Source of the DNA: an uncultured delta proteobacterium
GTDB taxonomy: Bacteria; Desulfobacterota; Desulfobaccia; Desulfobaccales; 0-14-0-80-60-11
Assembly: GCA_963709285.1 (NCBI GenBank)
Contig: CAVPVR010000009.1
Location: 201,063 to 265,062 of the forward strand
DNA: 64,000 nucleotides
Direction: 5' to 3'
This document shows, piece after piece, positions 33,113 to 41,935 of this stretch. Both the position numbers and the translations under genes were made by a program. Within the stretch, counting starts at the first letter, position 1; each line of letters starts with the position of its first letter. The notes below the pieces were generated by a model. It did no database searches, had not been told where the DNA came from, and saw nothing but the letters and a program-made list of their open reading frames with translations.

Positions 33113-35484
33113 CGCCGTCCTCCTGAAGGGGCGTTTAGGGCGCTGGCTAGAGCCGCGCCCTGGTCAGCGTCCTTTACCAGACAATATTTGGCAATGGGTA
33201 GGGTGACAATGAAGGTCACGCCGGTGCCCAATTCGTTTTTAACTTCAATATGTCCGTAATGGCGGGTTATGATCCGCTGGGCAATGGACAGTCCCAAGCC
33301 CGTGCCAAGGTCCTTGGTGGAGAAAAAGGGGTTAAAAATGTTATGGAGCACATCCAGGGGGATGCCGCCCCCCGTGTCGCTCACTGCGGCCGCGGCATAG
33401 ATGCCGTCCTCTCTCTCCTGGGTAAAGGTGTGAATGGTAAGGGTGCCACCGCCCTTGTGCATGGCCTGACGGGCGTTCTGAAAAAGGTTGTAAAACACCT
33501 GCTTGATCTGGCGGTCGTCGCAGTGGATCCGGGGAACTGGTTCCAGGTCTTTCACCACTTTGATGTTGCTGTCCTCCAAGTCCCGCTGGACGAGAGGCAA
33601 GGTGTCCTCGATGAGCTGGTCCAGGTTGTGGTCCCCAAAGTAGCTCAAATTTTCTCCAGTAAAATCTAAGATCTCCCGGAGAAGCTTTTCCAGCCGGGAA
33701 ACTTCCTCCTGGATGACCTCCACATAGCCCCGCAAGGGTGAATTTTTCTCCACCAATTTGCCGATACGGCGGGCGAAGCCCCCGATGGACACCAAGGGGT
33801 TCCTGATCTCGTGGGCCATGCCGGAGGCCAGGCTGGACAGGGCGGCCAACCGGTCGGATTCCAGCATGCGCTCCCGAATCAGCATGAGCTCGCGGTTGTT
33901 GGCTTCGATGGTGGAGTAGAGGTGGGCGTTCTCGAGCATCAGGGCCGCCTGGGTAGCCAACATTTGCAGGGCGTGGAGGGGTTCCGGCTCCAGGGGGCGC
34001 CCCGAAGCCTGGTTGTCCACCACAATGACCCCGGTGGCCCGGTCTTTTACCACCAGAGGGACCACGAAATACTCCTGGGCATCGTAATTTTTTTGCCAGG
34101 AATCGGCAATGCTCATCTGGGGCTGGGAGGGATGCTGATGGACAGGGCGCATCCGCAGCACCGCCTGGGCCATGGCACCCAGTCCCGGGCTGATGGGGAT
34201 CTGCCAGTCGGCCACCGGTATCTCCACCGCCAGGGGCATAAATAACACCTTGGCCAAAGGCAATTCCGGGGCCTCAGCGGGCTGTTGGGCCCCCTTGCGT
34301 CCCTGGATGGTCTGGGAGGCTTCTTCCACCTGGAGTATCAGGACCCGGTCGAACCCCAGACCGGTTGGCTGGATGAGGCCCTGGAGGATGATTTCCAGCA
34401 ACCGCTCTTCCTGGACGGTGGTGAGCATGGCCTGGGAGACCTCCTGCAGCGCCGTGAGGTTCCGCACCATGCGCTCATTGCGCTCCGCCAGGGTTTCCAC
34501 CTGCTGGTAGGTGAGGGCATTCTCCAGGGCGTTGACGATGAGCCCGGCCATGGTGAAGATCAGTTGTCGGTTCTCTGGGTCGAAAGGCTGGTGGTTCCCT
34601 CCGGGAACAATTTTATCGAAAACACACAAGGTGCCCTGGAGCTGTCCTTTAAAGGTGAGGGGCACGGCCAGATGATAATGGACCGTACCTTGGGCATCGC
34701 TGGTCTGCCCCTGAAGATAGGGCATTTCCGTCATGGACCCGGCGGCTGCAAAGGACTCCGGGATGGGAGGACAGATCTTGGCGACAGGCACCTGCCCGTA
34801 GTGAGAGGAGACCCGGGTCTCTCCGGTCTGACGGTCGATGATCTGAAGGGCAGCCCCCCGGGCATTAATGACTTTGGCGGTGGTGGAAACCACGCGCTCT
34901 AAAAGGTCGTCCAGTTCTACTGTGGCCGAGAGAGCCTTGCCTACTTCGAAAAGAACCGAAAGCTCCGCGATGCGTTTCTTGGCCTCCTCCTGGACCAAGC
35001 CCTGGCGCAAGGCGCCGGCCAGCATGAGGCTGGTGAGATGCACCGCCTGGCGCTCCAGCGGGGCGAAGGAGCGCTCGCTTTTGTCGATAAGGAGCAACAC
35101 CCCATAGAGGAAGTTGTCGTCCGCCACGGGGAAGGCCGCCAGGGTTTTGAACTTGGGCTGAAGCTTTTCGAGGGGGGCGTCGTGGGCGGGCACCCCTTCC
35201 TGGTCCCGATGGACCACCTGTGGCTTGCGGGTTTTAGCCGCTTCTCCCACCACCCCCTGCCCGGTTTGGTACTTCAGGTCGAGTTGAGGCGGCAGGGGGC
35301 CCCGGCTGCTGAGCTGTAGGCTTAAGGTTTCCTTATTCCTGTCCAAGCCGAAATAGAGAGCCAGATCAACCTTGAGGAAGCGGGCCAGGAGATGCACCAT
35401 GTTCCCCAGGCGCTCCTCGAAGCTCACCGTCGAGGTGAGGACCTCCACCATTTGAGACAGGAAGGCGGTACGGTCTGAAGCCAT
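33109..35484 (-). CDS. Multi-GAF sensor histidine kinase
   Basis: 791 aa. Several GAF-like segments. H-box LASGMAHEIRNPLVSIGGF, N-box FYNLFQNARQAM and G-boxes DTGGGI / GTGLGLSIAQRI. Confidence 0.88.
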   Translation of the reverse strand: MASDRTAFLSQMVEVLTSTVSFEERLGNMVHLLARFLKVDLALYFGLDRNKETLSLQLSSRGPLPPQLDLKYQTGQGVVGEAAKTRKPQVVHRDQEGVPAHDAPLEKLQPKFKTLAAFPVADDNFLYGVLLLIDKSERSFAPLERQAVHLTSLMLAGALRQGLVQEEAKKRIAELSVLFEVGKALSATVELDDLLERVVSTTAKVINARGAALQIIDRQTGETRVSSHYGQVPVAKICPPIPESFAAAGSMTEMPYLQGQTSDAQGTVHYHLAVPLTFKGQLQGTLCVFDKIVPGGNHQPFDPENRQLIFTMAGLIVNALENALTYQQVETLAERNERMVRNLTALQEVSQAMLTTVQEERLLEIILQGLIQPTGLGFDRVLILQVEEASQTIQGRKGAQQPAEAPELPLAKVLFMPLAVEIPVADWQIPISPGLGAMAQAVLRMRPVHQHPSQPQMSIADSWQKNYDAQEYFVVPLVVKDRATGVIVVDNQASGRPLEPEPLHALQMLATQAALMLENAHLYSTIEANNRELMLIRERMLESDRLAALSSLASGMAHEIRNPLVSIGGFARRIGKLVEKNSPLRGYVEVIQEEVSRLEKLLREILDFTGENLSYFGDHNLDQLIEDTLPLVQRDLEDSNIKVVKDLEPVPRIHCDDRQIKQVFYNLFQNARQAMHKGGGTLTIHTFTQEREDGIYAAAAVSDTGGGIPLDVLHNIFNPFFSTKDLGTGLGLSIAQRIITRHYGHIEVKNELGTGVTFIVTLPIAKYCLVKDADQGAALASALNAPSGGRR

Positions 35485-35490
35485 TTGGCA

Positions 35491-36960
35491 TCAGCCTCCC
35501 AGTGTTTGCCGGCGCTTCTCCCGAGCCCGCTCGTACAGAGCCACATAACCGGGAGCCACCCGGTCCCAGGAAAAGTCCAAGGCCATATTCTGACGCATGA
35601 GGGCCTGCCAGGCCGTTTGGTCCTGGTAAAGGGCCAGGGCCTCTTGCACGGCTTTCAGGAAGGCCTCCGGGGTGCAGTCGGTGAACTTGAACCCATTGCC
35701 GGCGCCGGTGGCGGCATCATACTGCTTAACGGTCTCGTCCAACCCCCCGGTGGCCCGGACCACCGGCACGGTACCGTAGCGCAGACAGTAAAGCTGGTCC
35801 AAACCGCAAGGTTCATAGCGTGAAGGCATGAGATAAATATCCGCCCCGGCAATGATCTGGTGGGCCAGCTCCTCCGTAAAGCCGATGGAGAGACCGATAC
35901 TCTGAGGATAGCGCAAGCTAAGTTCCTGGAGGAGGTATTGGTGCCGCTCCTCCCCGGTGCCCTGAAGGACAAAGCCTACCTTCAGGGCCATCAGGTCATC
36001 CATGATACCTTCTACCAGGTCGATGCCTTTGCGTTCATAGAGGCGAGTGGTCATGCCAATCAGGGGTCGCTCCGGAGACAGGTCCAACCCGAAGTGCTTC
36101 AGCAATGCTTCCTTGCAGGCCTGCTTCCCTTCCAGGTTGTTCGAATTATAAGTGCTGGCCAGTAAGTTGTCCCGGGAGGGATCCCAACGCTGGTAGTCCA
36201 CTCCCTCCACCACGCCGAAAAGATCCCGGGCCCGTTCCCGCAAGACGCCTTCGAGTCCAAAACCATGCTCAGGGGACAGGATCTCTTCCCGGTAGCGGTT
36301 GCTCACGGTGTTGATGAGGTCAGCAAAAACGAGCCCGCCCTTCATCAGGTTGATCTTTCCGTAAAATTCCAAAGCCTTGGGTGAGAGGAGCTCCCAGCCC
36401 AGCCCGGTGAGGGGGAAGTCATAGGATGAAAAAAGTCCCTGATAGCCCACGTTGTGCACCGTGTAGAGCACTGGCAGCTTATACAGCCGGGGCCGCTCCC
36501 GAAAGAGGGTGCGCAGGTACACGGGTACCAGCCCGGTCTGCCACTCCTGGCAGTGACAGACGTCCAGGTCCAGTTGGAGCGCCTCGATCATCTCCACGAC
36601 GGCCCGGCTGAAGAAGATGAACCGCTCGGCATTGTCTTCGAAATCTCCGTAGGCTGTTCCGTAAAGGCCTTCCCGGTTAAAAAGGGCGTCCTGGCCGATG
36701 AAGTAAAAAGTAAGGCCGGGGGCTATTTCCGTTTGGAAAATTTCCGCCTCGAGGTTCTTGAAGGATAGGGGTATGGAAAGCGTTTGGCCCGTCGAGACGT
36801 AGGTGCGCCCCTCTTCCTGGACCTGGCGATACAGGGGCATGACCACCATCACCTGGTGACCCAACCGCGTCAGGGCACAGGCCAGAGCAGACACCACTTC
36901 CGCCAAGGCACCGGTCCGGGCGAAGGGATTGGCTTCCGGGGTGGCGATCAGAATGCGCAT
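35491..36960 (-). CDS. glgA: Glycogen synthase (ADP-glucose type)
   Basis: MRILIATPEANPFARTGALAEVVSAL (KTGGL-like region) and the C-terminal LMPSRYEPCGLDQLYCLRYGTVPVVRATGGLDETV. The ORF could also start at 36972. Confidence 0.9.
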   Translation of the reverse strand: MRILIATPEANPFARTGALAEVVSALACALTRLGHQVMVVMPLYRQVQEEGRTYVSTGQTLSIPLSFKNLEAEIFQTEIAPGLTFYFIGQDALFNREGLYGTAYGDFEDNAERFIFFSRAVVEMIEALQLDLDVCHCQEWQTGLVPVYLRTLFRERPRLYKLPVLYTVHNVGYQGLFSSYDFPLTGLGWELLSPKALEFYGKINLMKGGLVFADLINTVSNRYREEILSPEHGFGLEGVLRERARDLFGVVEGVDYQRWDPSRDNLLASTYNSNNLEGKQACKEALLKHFGLDLSPERPLIGMTTRLYERKGIDLVEGIMDDLMALKVGFVLQGTGEERHQYLLQELSLRYPQSIGLSIGFTEELAHQIIAGADIYLMPSRYEPCGLDQLYCLRYGTVPVVRATGGLDETVKQYDAATGAGNGFKFTDCTPEAFLKAVQEALALYQDQTAWQALMRQNMALDFSWDRVAPGYVALYERAREKRRQTLGG

Positions 36961-36979
36961 GTCGTCCCTCACTCAGATA

Positions 36980-37978
36980 TCACAACTCCACGTCCCGCAG
37001 ATACTGGGCCGCATCCTCCGGAGGTGTAGGGTTGATGAAGAAGCCGGAGCCCCATTCAAAACCGGCCATCAGGGTGAGCTTGGGCATGATTTCGAAATGC
37101 CAGTGGTAATGAGGCAGCTCTGGCTCCCGGATGGGGGCGATGTGAAGGATGAAGTTATAGGGGGCTTTCCCCAGGGATTTCTCCAGGCGCTGCAGGGTTT
37201 CCGAGAAAATCTCCGCCAACAGCCGATAGGACTCTTCCGGCAGATGGACATAGGAGGAGTAGTGTTTCTTGGGCAGGATCCAGACTTCGAAGGGGGAGCG
37301 GGGTGCAAACGGGCAGATGGCCACAAAATCCTGGTTCTCCAGGACCACTCGCACCTTAAGCTGAAGCTCCTGCCGGATCATGTCACAAAAAACGCAGCGT
37401 TCCTTCCAGTTATAGTAGAATTTGCTGCCGGTAAGCTCCTCCATTACCAGTTCCGGCACGATAGGGAGCCCGATGAGCTGGCTGTGGCTGTGTTCCAGAG
37501 AGGCCCCGGCGACCCTCCCCATGTTCTTGAAAATGAGGACATACTTGAAGCGGCGGTCCTCGGTCAGGCTCTTGATGCGCTCCCGGTAAGCGGTGAGCAC
37601 CTCCACGAAACCGTCAATGGAGATATTGGTCAGGGTGGTCTGGTGGTCGGGGTTCTCGATGATAACTTCGTGGGTGCCGATGCCCGCCATCTTGTCGAAC
37701 ATGCCCTCGCCCTGGCGGTCCGCGTCCCCTTGGGTGATCAGGGCCGGAAACTTGTTGTGCACTACCCTGAGACTCCAGCCCGGGGTGTTGGGTTCGGTGC
37801 CCGGCTCCCGGTAAGCAAAAATTTCTGGCGGGGTGGTATGTTCGTTGCCGGGGCAGAAGGGACAGAACCCACCCTTGATCACTTCTTCTTCAATAACAAA
37901 ATCGTGAGGCCGTTTGCCCCGCTCGGTAGCGATAATTACCCAGCGGCCGATGATGGGGTCTTTACGTAGCTCCGGCAT
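36980..37978 (-). CDS. GalT-family nucleotidyl transferase (galactose-1-phosphate uridylyltransferase / ADP-glucose phosphorylase-like)
   Basis: 332 aa. RWVIIATERGKRP, Zn motif CPFCPGNE and active-site HSHSQLIG. Substrate cannot be assigned from the sequence. Confidence 0.8.
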   Translation of the reverse strand: MPELRKDPIIGRWVIIATERGKRPHDFVIEEEVIKGGFCPFCPGNEHTTPPEIFAYREPGTEPNTPGWSLRVVHNKFPALITQGDADRQGEGMFDKMAGIGTHEVIIENPDHQTTLTNISIDGFVEVLTAYRERIKSLTEDRRFKYVLIFKNMGRVAGASLEHSHSQLIGLPIVPELVMEELTGSKFYYNWKERCVFCDMIRQELQLKVRVVLENQDFVAICPFAPRSPFEVWILPKKHYSSYVHLPEESYRLLAEIFSETLQRLEKSLGKAPYNFILHIAPIREPELPHYHWHFEIMPKLTLMAGFEWGSGFFINPTPPEDAAQYLRDVEL

Positions 37979-38121
37979 CCAGGTCTCCTTGGTAGTTTGC
38001 TATGTGCCGGTAAGGGGTTGGTCTCGCTGCCTGGAAGTCGGCGGGGACCGCCTAACTCCACCCAGTATACTTATTTAGGGAAATTATACCAGGATTTTTC
38101 CGGGGTTGGGATGCAAAGCAG

Positions 38122-38361
38122 TTACCTCCGGAAGAGGTAGAGGATGAGGCTCAAAAGAATGCTGATCAGGATGCAGGTAGCCAAGGGAAAATAAAAGGTG
38201 AACCGCTCTCCCCGATAGGTGATATCCCCGGGAAGCTTGCCCAACCAGGGGATCTTGGGCGCCAGGAGCAGGACAACTCCCACCACCGCCAGAATAACCC
38301 CGAACACGATCAGCATCTTTCCCAGTCCAGACATGACCTGCCTCTTCGTTGTATTCTTCAT
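38122..38361 (-). CDS. Small membrane protein, DUF2905-like
   Basis: 79 aa. LGKLPGDITYRGERFTFYFPLATCILISILLSLILYLF matches the DUF2905 pattern from memory. Confidence 0.7.
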   Translation of the reverse strand: MKNTTKRQVMSGLGKMLIVFGVILAVVGVVLLLAPKIPWLGKLPGDITYRGERFTFYFPLATCILISILLSLILYLFRR

Positions 38362-38455
38362 TTATTATGTCTGAATTCCCCGCGGTTTTTCAAGGGGCCC
38401 GATAGCCTCGGACCCCAGGGTTGTCAGCCTGGGGGTTCTCCGATACTATTAAAAA

Positions 38456-39190
38456 ATGATTATATTCCCTGCCATTGATATCCGGGGCGGTAAATGCGTG
38501 CGCCTGGTCCAGGGGCGGGCCGACCAGGAGACGGTGTACGGCGACGACCCTGCGGTCATGGGACAACGGTGGCAGGCTGAGGGCGCTGCCTGGCTGCACG
38601 TGGTAGACCTGGACGGGGCCTTCGGCGCCAGGCCCCAGAATCTCGAGGCCATCCGCCAACTACGCCAGGCCGTTACCATCCCCATACAGCTTGGCGGTGG
38701 CCTTCGCAGCCTTGACACCATGGCCGCCTATATCGACGCGAGAATAGACCGCCTGATCCTGGGGACCGCCGTCCTGAAGGACCCGGACCTGGTGGCTCGG
38801 GCTTGCCAGGCTTATCCCGGCCGCATTGCCCTGGGCCTGGACGCCAAAAATGGCCTCCTGGCCGTGGAAGGCTGGACGGAAACCACCACTCGCACCGCGG
38901 CCGAGGTGGCCCGGGAATTGGCTCCCCTAAACCCTGCCGCCATCATTTACACGGATATCAGCCGGGACGGGGTGAAGCGGGGGGTGAACCTGGAAGCCAC
39001 CCGGGTCCTGGCCCAGGCCACCGAGATTCCCGTCATCGCCTCCGGCGGGGTGAGCTCCCTGGACGACATCAAGGCCCTATTGCCCCTGGAGCCCCTGGGG
39101 GTCATCGGGGTTATCACCGGCCGGGCCCTGTACGACGGCAACCTCGACCTCCGGGAAGCCATTCAGGTGGCAGGTGAAAAAGCTTACTAA
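38456..39190 (+). CDS. hisA: ProFAR isomerase (histidine biosynthesis)
   Basis: 244 aa. MIIFPAIDIRGGKCVRLVQG, LHVVDLDGA, QLGGGLRS and ASGGVSSLDDI. Confidence 0.92.
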   Translation: MIIFPAIDIRGGKCVRLVQGRADQETVYGDDPAVMGQRWQAEGAAWLHVVDLDGAFGARPQNLEAIRQLRQAVTIPIQLGGGLRSLDTMAAYIDARIDRLILGTAVLKDPDLVARACQAYPGRIALGLDAKNGLLAVEGWTETTTRTAAEVARELAPLNPAAIIYTDISRDGVKRGVNLEATRVLAQATEIPVIASGGVSSLDDIKALLPLEPLGVIGVITGRALYDGNLDLREAIQVAGEKAY

Positions 39191-39194
39191 TTCT

Positions 39195-39385
39195 TGGGGG
39201 AGGGGGCCAGGGGTCGCAGACCCCTGCCCCCTCCCTCAAGCTCCCTCCCCCAACCCCTTAAGGGGGAAGAGCAATGGCTGGCAAGTCGGGGCGTTTTGCC
39301 CCGCCTTGCCAGCCCCTTCTGTGGGTTGGGAGGGGGGCTTGGGGGGAGGGGAGGGACCTCAGGTCCCTGGCCCTCCCCCCAAAAC
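39195..39385. repeat. Cluster of G/C-tract palindromes (REP family G)
   Basis: TGGGGGAGGGGGCCAGGGGTCGCAGACCCCTGCCCCCTCCCTCA (39195-39238), plus GGGAGGGGGGCTTGGGGGGAGGGGAGGGACCTCAGGTCCCTGGCCCTCCCCCC. Confidence 0.82.
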
Positions 39386-39401
39386 CCTAAACAGAACTAC
39401 C

Positions 39402-41888
39402 GTGACCGATCGCTCTTATCTCAGTCGGGTGCAGCGGCCCAGCCGCTATCTGGGCCGGGAAATCAACGCGGTTTTCAAGGACCCCCGGGCCGTTAGTCTT
39501 CGGGTCGTACTGGCCTTCCCCGACCTGTATGAGGTGGGCATGTCCCACCTGGGTTTAGGCATCCTCTATGATATCCTGAACCAGCGGGAAGACCTCTGGG
39601 CCGAGCGGGTCTATGCCCCGGCGCCGGACCTGGAGGCGGTACTCCGGAGCCGCGGCCAGCTCCTGGTCAGCTTGGAGTCTGCCACTCCCCTCAAGGACTT
39701 TCACCTGGTGGGGGTGAGCCTCCAGTATGAGCTGGGCTACACGAACCTGCTCACCATCCTGGAGTTAGGGGGCATCCCTTTCTTGGCCGAAGAGCGGGGG
39801 CCTCTCGACCCCGTGGTGGTGGGGGGCGGCCCCGCAGCCCTGAATCCTGAACCGGTGTCGCCGTTCTTTGACGCCATGGTCCTGGGGGACGGGGAGGAAG
39901 CAATCCTGGAGGTGGCGGCCGTGGTCCGGGCCTGGAAGGCCGCCAAGGGCACCAGGCGGGAGCTGTGGCAGGCCCTGGAAGAGGTGGAAGGGGTGTACGT
40001 CCCTGCCCTCTTTGCCATGACCTTTAATCCCGAGGGGCGCCTGGTGGAAATCATTCCCCAGGGCCGCCGGGAGCGGGTAAACCGGCGGGTCCTGGCGGAT
40101 TTGGACAGCGTTACCCTATCTCCCCGAGCCCTGGTGCCTACCTGTCAGATTGTCCACGACCGCCTCAACCTGGAAATCTCCCGGGGTTGCACCCGGGGCT
40201 GCCGCTACTGCCAGGCCGGCATCATTTACCGGCCGGTCCGGGAGCGGCGGCCCGAAGCCGCGGTTGCCTGGGTGGAAAAGGCCCTGGCCGCCACCGGTTT
40301 CGAGGAAGTCTCCCTCCTCACCCTTAGCGCCGGGGACTACCGGCCCCTGCCCTGGCTGGTCCAGGGTCTCATGGATCGCCTGGAACCCCAACGGGTGGCC
40401 CTGTCTTTACCTTCCCTGCGGGCCGATACCCTCACCCCGGAATTGATGTCCCAAATTAAAAGGGTACGGCGCACCGGCCTCACCATCGCGCCGGAAGCCG
40501 GGAGCGAGCGCCTGCGGGCCGTGATCAACAAGAACTTGCCCGAAGAGGTCATCATCAGCTCCGCTCGGGAAGCTTTCCGGGCCGGGTGGCGCCTTCTCAA
40601 GCTCTACTTCATGATCGGCCTCCCCACCGAAACCCCGGAGGACCTGGAGGCCATCGCCGGACTGGCCCGGCAGATCCTGAAGGCCGGGCCCCAAGGTTTC
40701 AGGCCCCGGCTGAACGTCAGCCTCTCTTCTTTCATCCCCAAACCCCATACTCCGTTCCAATGGGAGGGCCAGGCGGACCTGGCAGAGAGCCAAAGGTGTT
40801 TACACCAAGTCAAAAACCTCTTGAAGCATCAAGGTGTGCAGCTCAAGTGGAACTCCGCGGCCCAGAGCTGGCTGGAAGGCATTTTCTCCCGGGGGGACCG
40901 AAGGTTGGCCCCGGTGCTGTTGGCCGCCTACCGCCGGGGCTGCCGCCTGGACGCCTGGAGCGAGCACCTGCGTCTGGAGCCCTGGCGCCAGGCCTTCCGG
41001 GAGGCCGGGGTGGCCCCGGAAGAATACCGCCGCGCCCGGGATACGGAGGAGCTCCTGCCCTGGGACCACCTGGACGCCGGAGTTAGCCGGGACTTCCTCC
41101 GGGAAGAACGGCACCGGGCCTACCGCACTCTTGAGACCCCGGATTGCCGCCAGGAGGGCTGCCAGGACTGTGGCCTGTGCGACCAGGACCGGGTGGACCT
41201 GCGGCTGGCGGAGACGCCGCTTGCAGCCACGTCCTCTCCTCCTCCCAGGTCTTCATCGGGGGAGCAGGTGCTTTGGCATCGCCTCCTTTGGGCCAAGGTA
41301 GAGGAGGCCCGCTGGCTCAGCCATCTGGAAATGGTGAACGCCGTCTACCGCAGCCTGCGACGTTCCGGGCTGCCGTTGGCCTTCAGCGCCGGCCACCATC
41401 CTCTCCCCCGGGTGGCCTTTCACGGAGCGTTGCCCGTGGGGGTGGCAAGCCTCTGTGAAACTATGGACGTGGGCTTGGCTGCCGAGGTGGGCGCCAATGA
41501 TGTGGTCGCCCGCCTCAACCAGGTTTTGCCGCCGGGGCTCAGGATTCTCAGCGCTGTGGGACTCCCCCGGGCCCCCAAACCGCCCCAGGTGGAACAGATG
41601 ACGTACCAGGTTGAGAGCCCGAGTCCTGTGTTTACCGCGGTTACCGCGGCCGACTTCATGGCTTGCCAGGATTTTCCGGTCGTCCGGCGCCGCCCCAAGG
41701 GAGAGCGCACCGTGGACCTCCGCCCTCTGGTGGCAGCCCTCGAAATTCTGGATGCTTGTCACCTGCACCTGCAGCTCCATAAAACTGAAAAGAACAACCT
41801 GAAAGTCACCGAAGTCCTGAGCAATATTTTCACTTTAAGCGAGCCCCAGACTCAGGATTTGCGTATTGTGAAAGTGCAGGTTATTTGA
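39402..41888 (+). CDS. Radical SAM protein (TIGR03960-like) fused to a DUF2344/TIGR03936-like C-terminal domain
   Basis: The ORF opens at 39174, but its first 76 codons read through REP elements. GTG 39402 gives ...SYLSRVQRPSRYLGREIN, the typical family N-terminus. Cluster CTRGCRYCQAG. C-terminal WLSHLEMVNAVYRSLRRSGLPLAFSAGHHPLPRVAF. Confidence 0.8.
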   Translation: MTDRSYLSRVQRPSRYLGREINAVFKDPRAVSLRVVLAFPDLYEVGMSHLGLGILYDILNQREDLWAERVYAPAPDLEAVLRSRGQLLVSLESATPLKDFHLVGVSLQYELGYTNLLTILELGGIPFLAEERGPLDPVVVGGGPAALNPEPVSPFFDAMVLGDGEEAILEVAAVVRAWKAAKGTRRELWQALEEVEGVYVPALFAMTFNPEGRLVEIIPQGRRERVNRRVLADLDSVTLSPRALVPTCQIVHDRLNLEISRGCTRGCRYCQAGIIYRPVRERRPEAAVAWVEKALAATGFEEVSLLTLSAGDYRPLPWLVQGLMDRLEPQRVALSLPSLRADTLTPELMSQIKRVRRTGLTIAPEAGSERLRAVINKNLPEEVIISSAREAFRAGWRLLKLYFMIGLPTETPEDLEAIAGLARQILKAGPQGFRPRLNVSLSSFIPKPHTPFQWEGQADLAESQRCLHQVKNLLKHQGVQLKWNSAAQSWLEGIFSRGDRRLAPVLLAAYRRGCRLDAWSEHLRLEPWRQAFREAGVAPEEYRRARDTEELLPWDHLDAGVSRDFLREERHRAYRTLETPDCRQEGCQDCGLCDQDRVDLRLAETPLAATSSPPPRSSSGEQVLWHRLLWAKVEEARWLSHLEMVNAVYRSLRRSGLPLAFSAGHHPLPRVAFHGALPVGVASLCETMDVGLAAEVGANDVVARLNQVLPPGLRILSAVGLPRAPKPPQVEQMTYQVESPSPVFTAVTAADFMACQDFPVVRRRPKGERTVDLRPLVAALEILDACHLHLQLHKTEKNNLKVTEVLSNIFTLSEPQTQDLRIVKVQVI

Positions 41889-41935
41889 GGGGGCGGGAGA
41901 ACGGTGTTCACCTGCTCTCCCCCAACCATTCTCAT

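Noticed and set aside
39174-39401. N-terminal 76 codons of ORF 39174..41888, and ORFs such as 39194..39496, 18547..18744 and 31644..31940.
   Set aside because: These reading frames run through G/C-tract REP palindromes (translations like GGGEGPQVPGPPP). Family-typical sequence begins only at GTG 39402.
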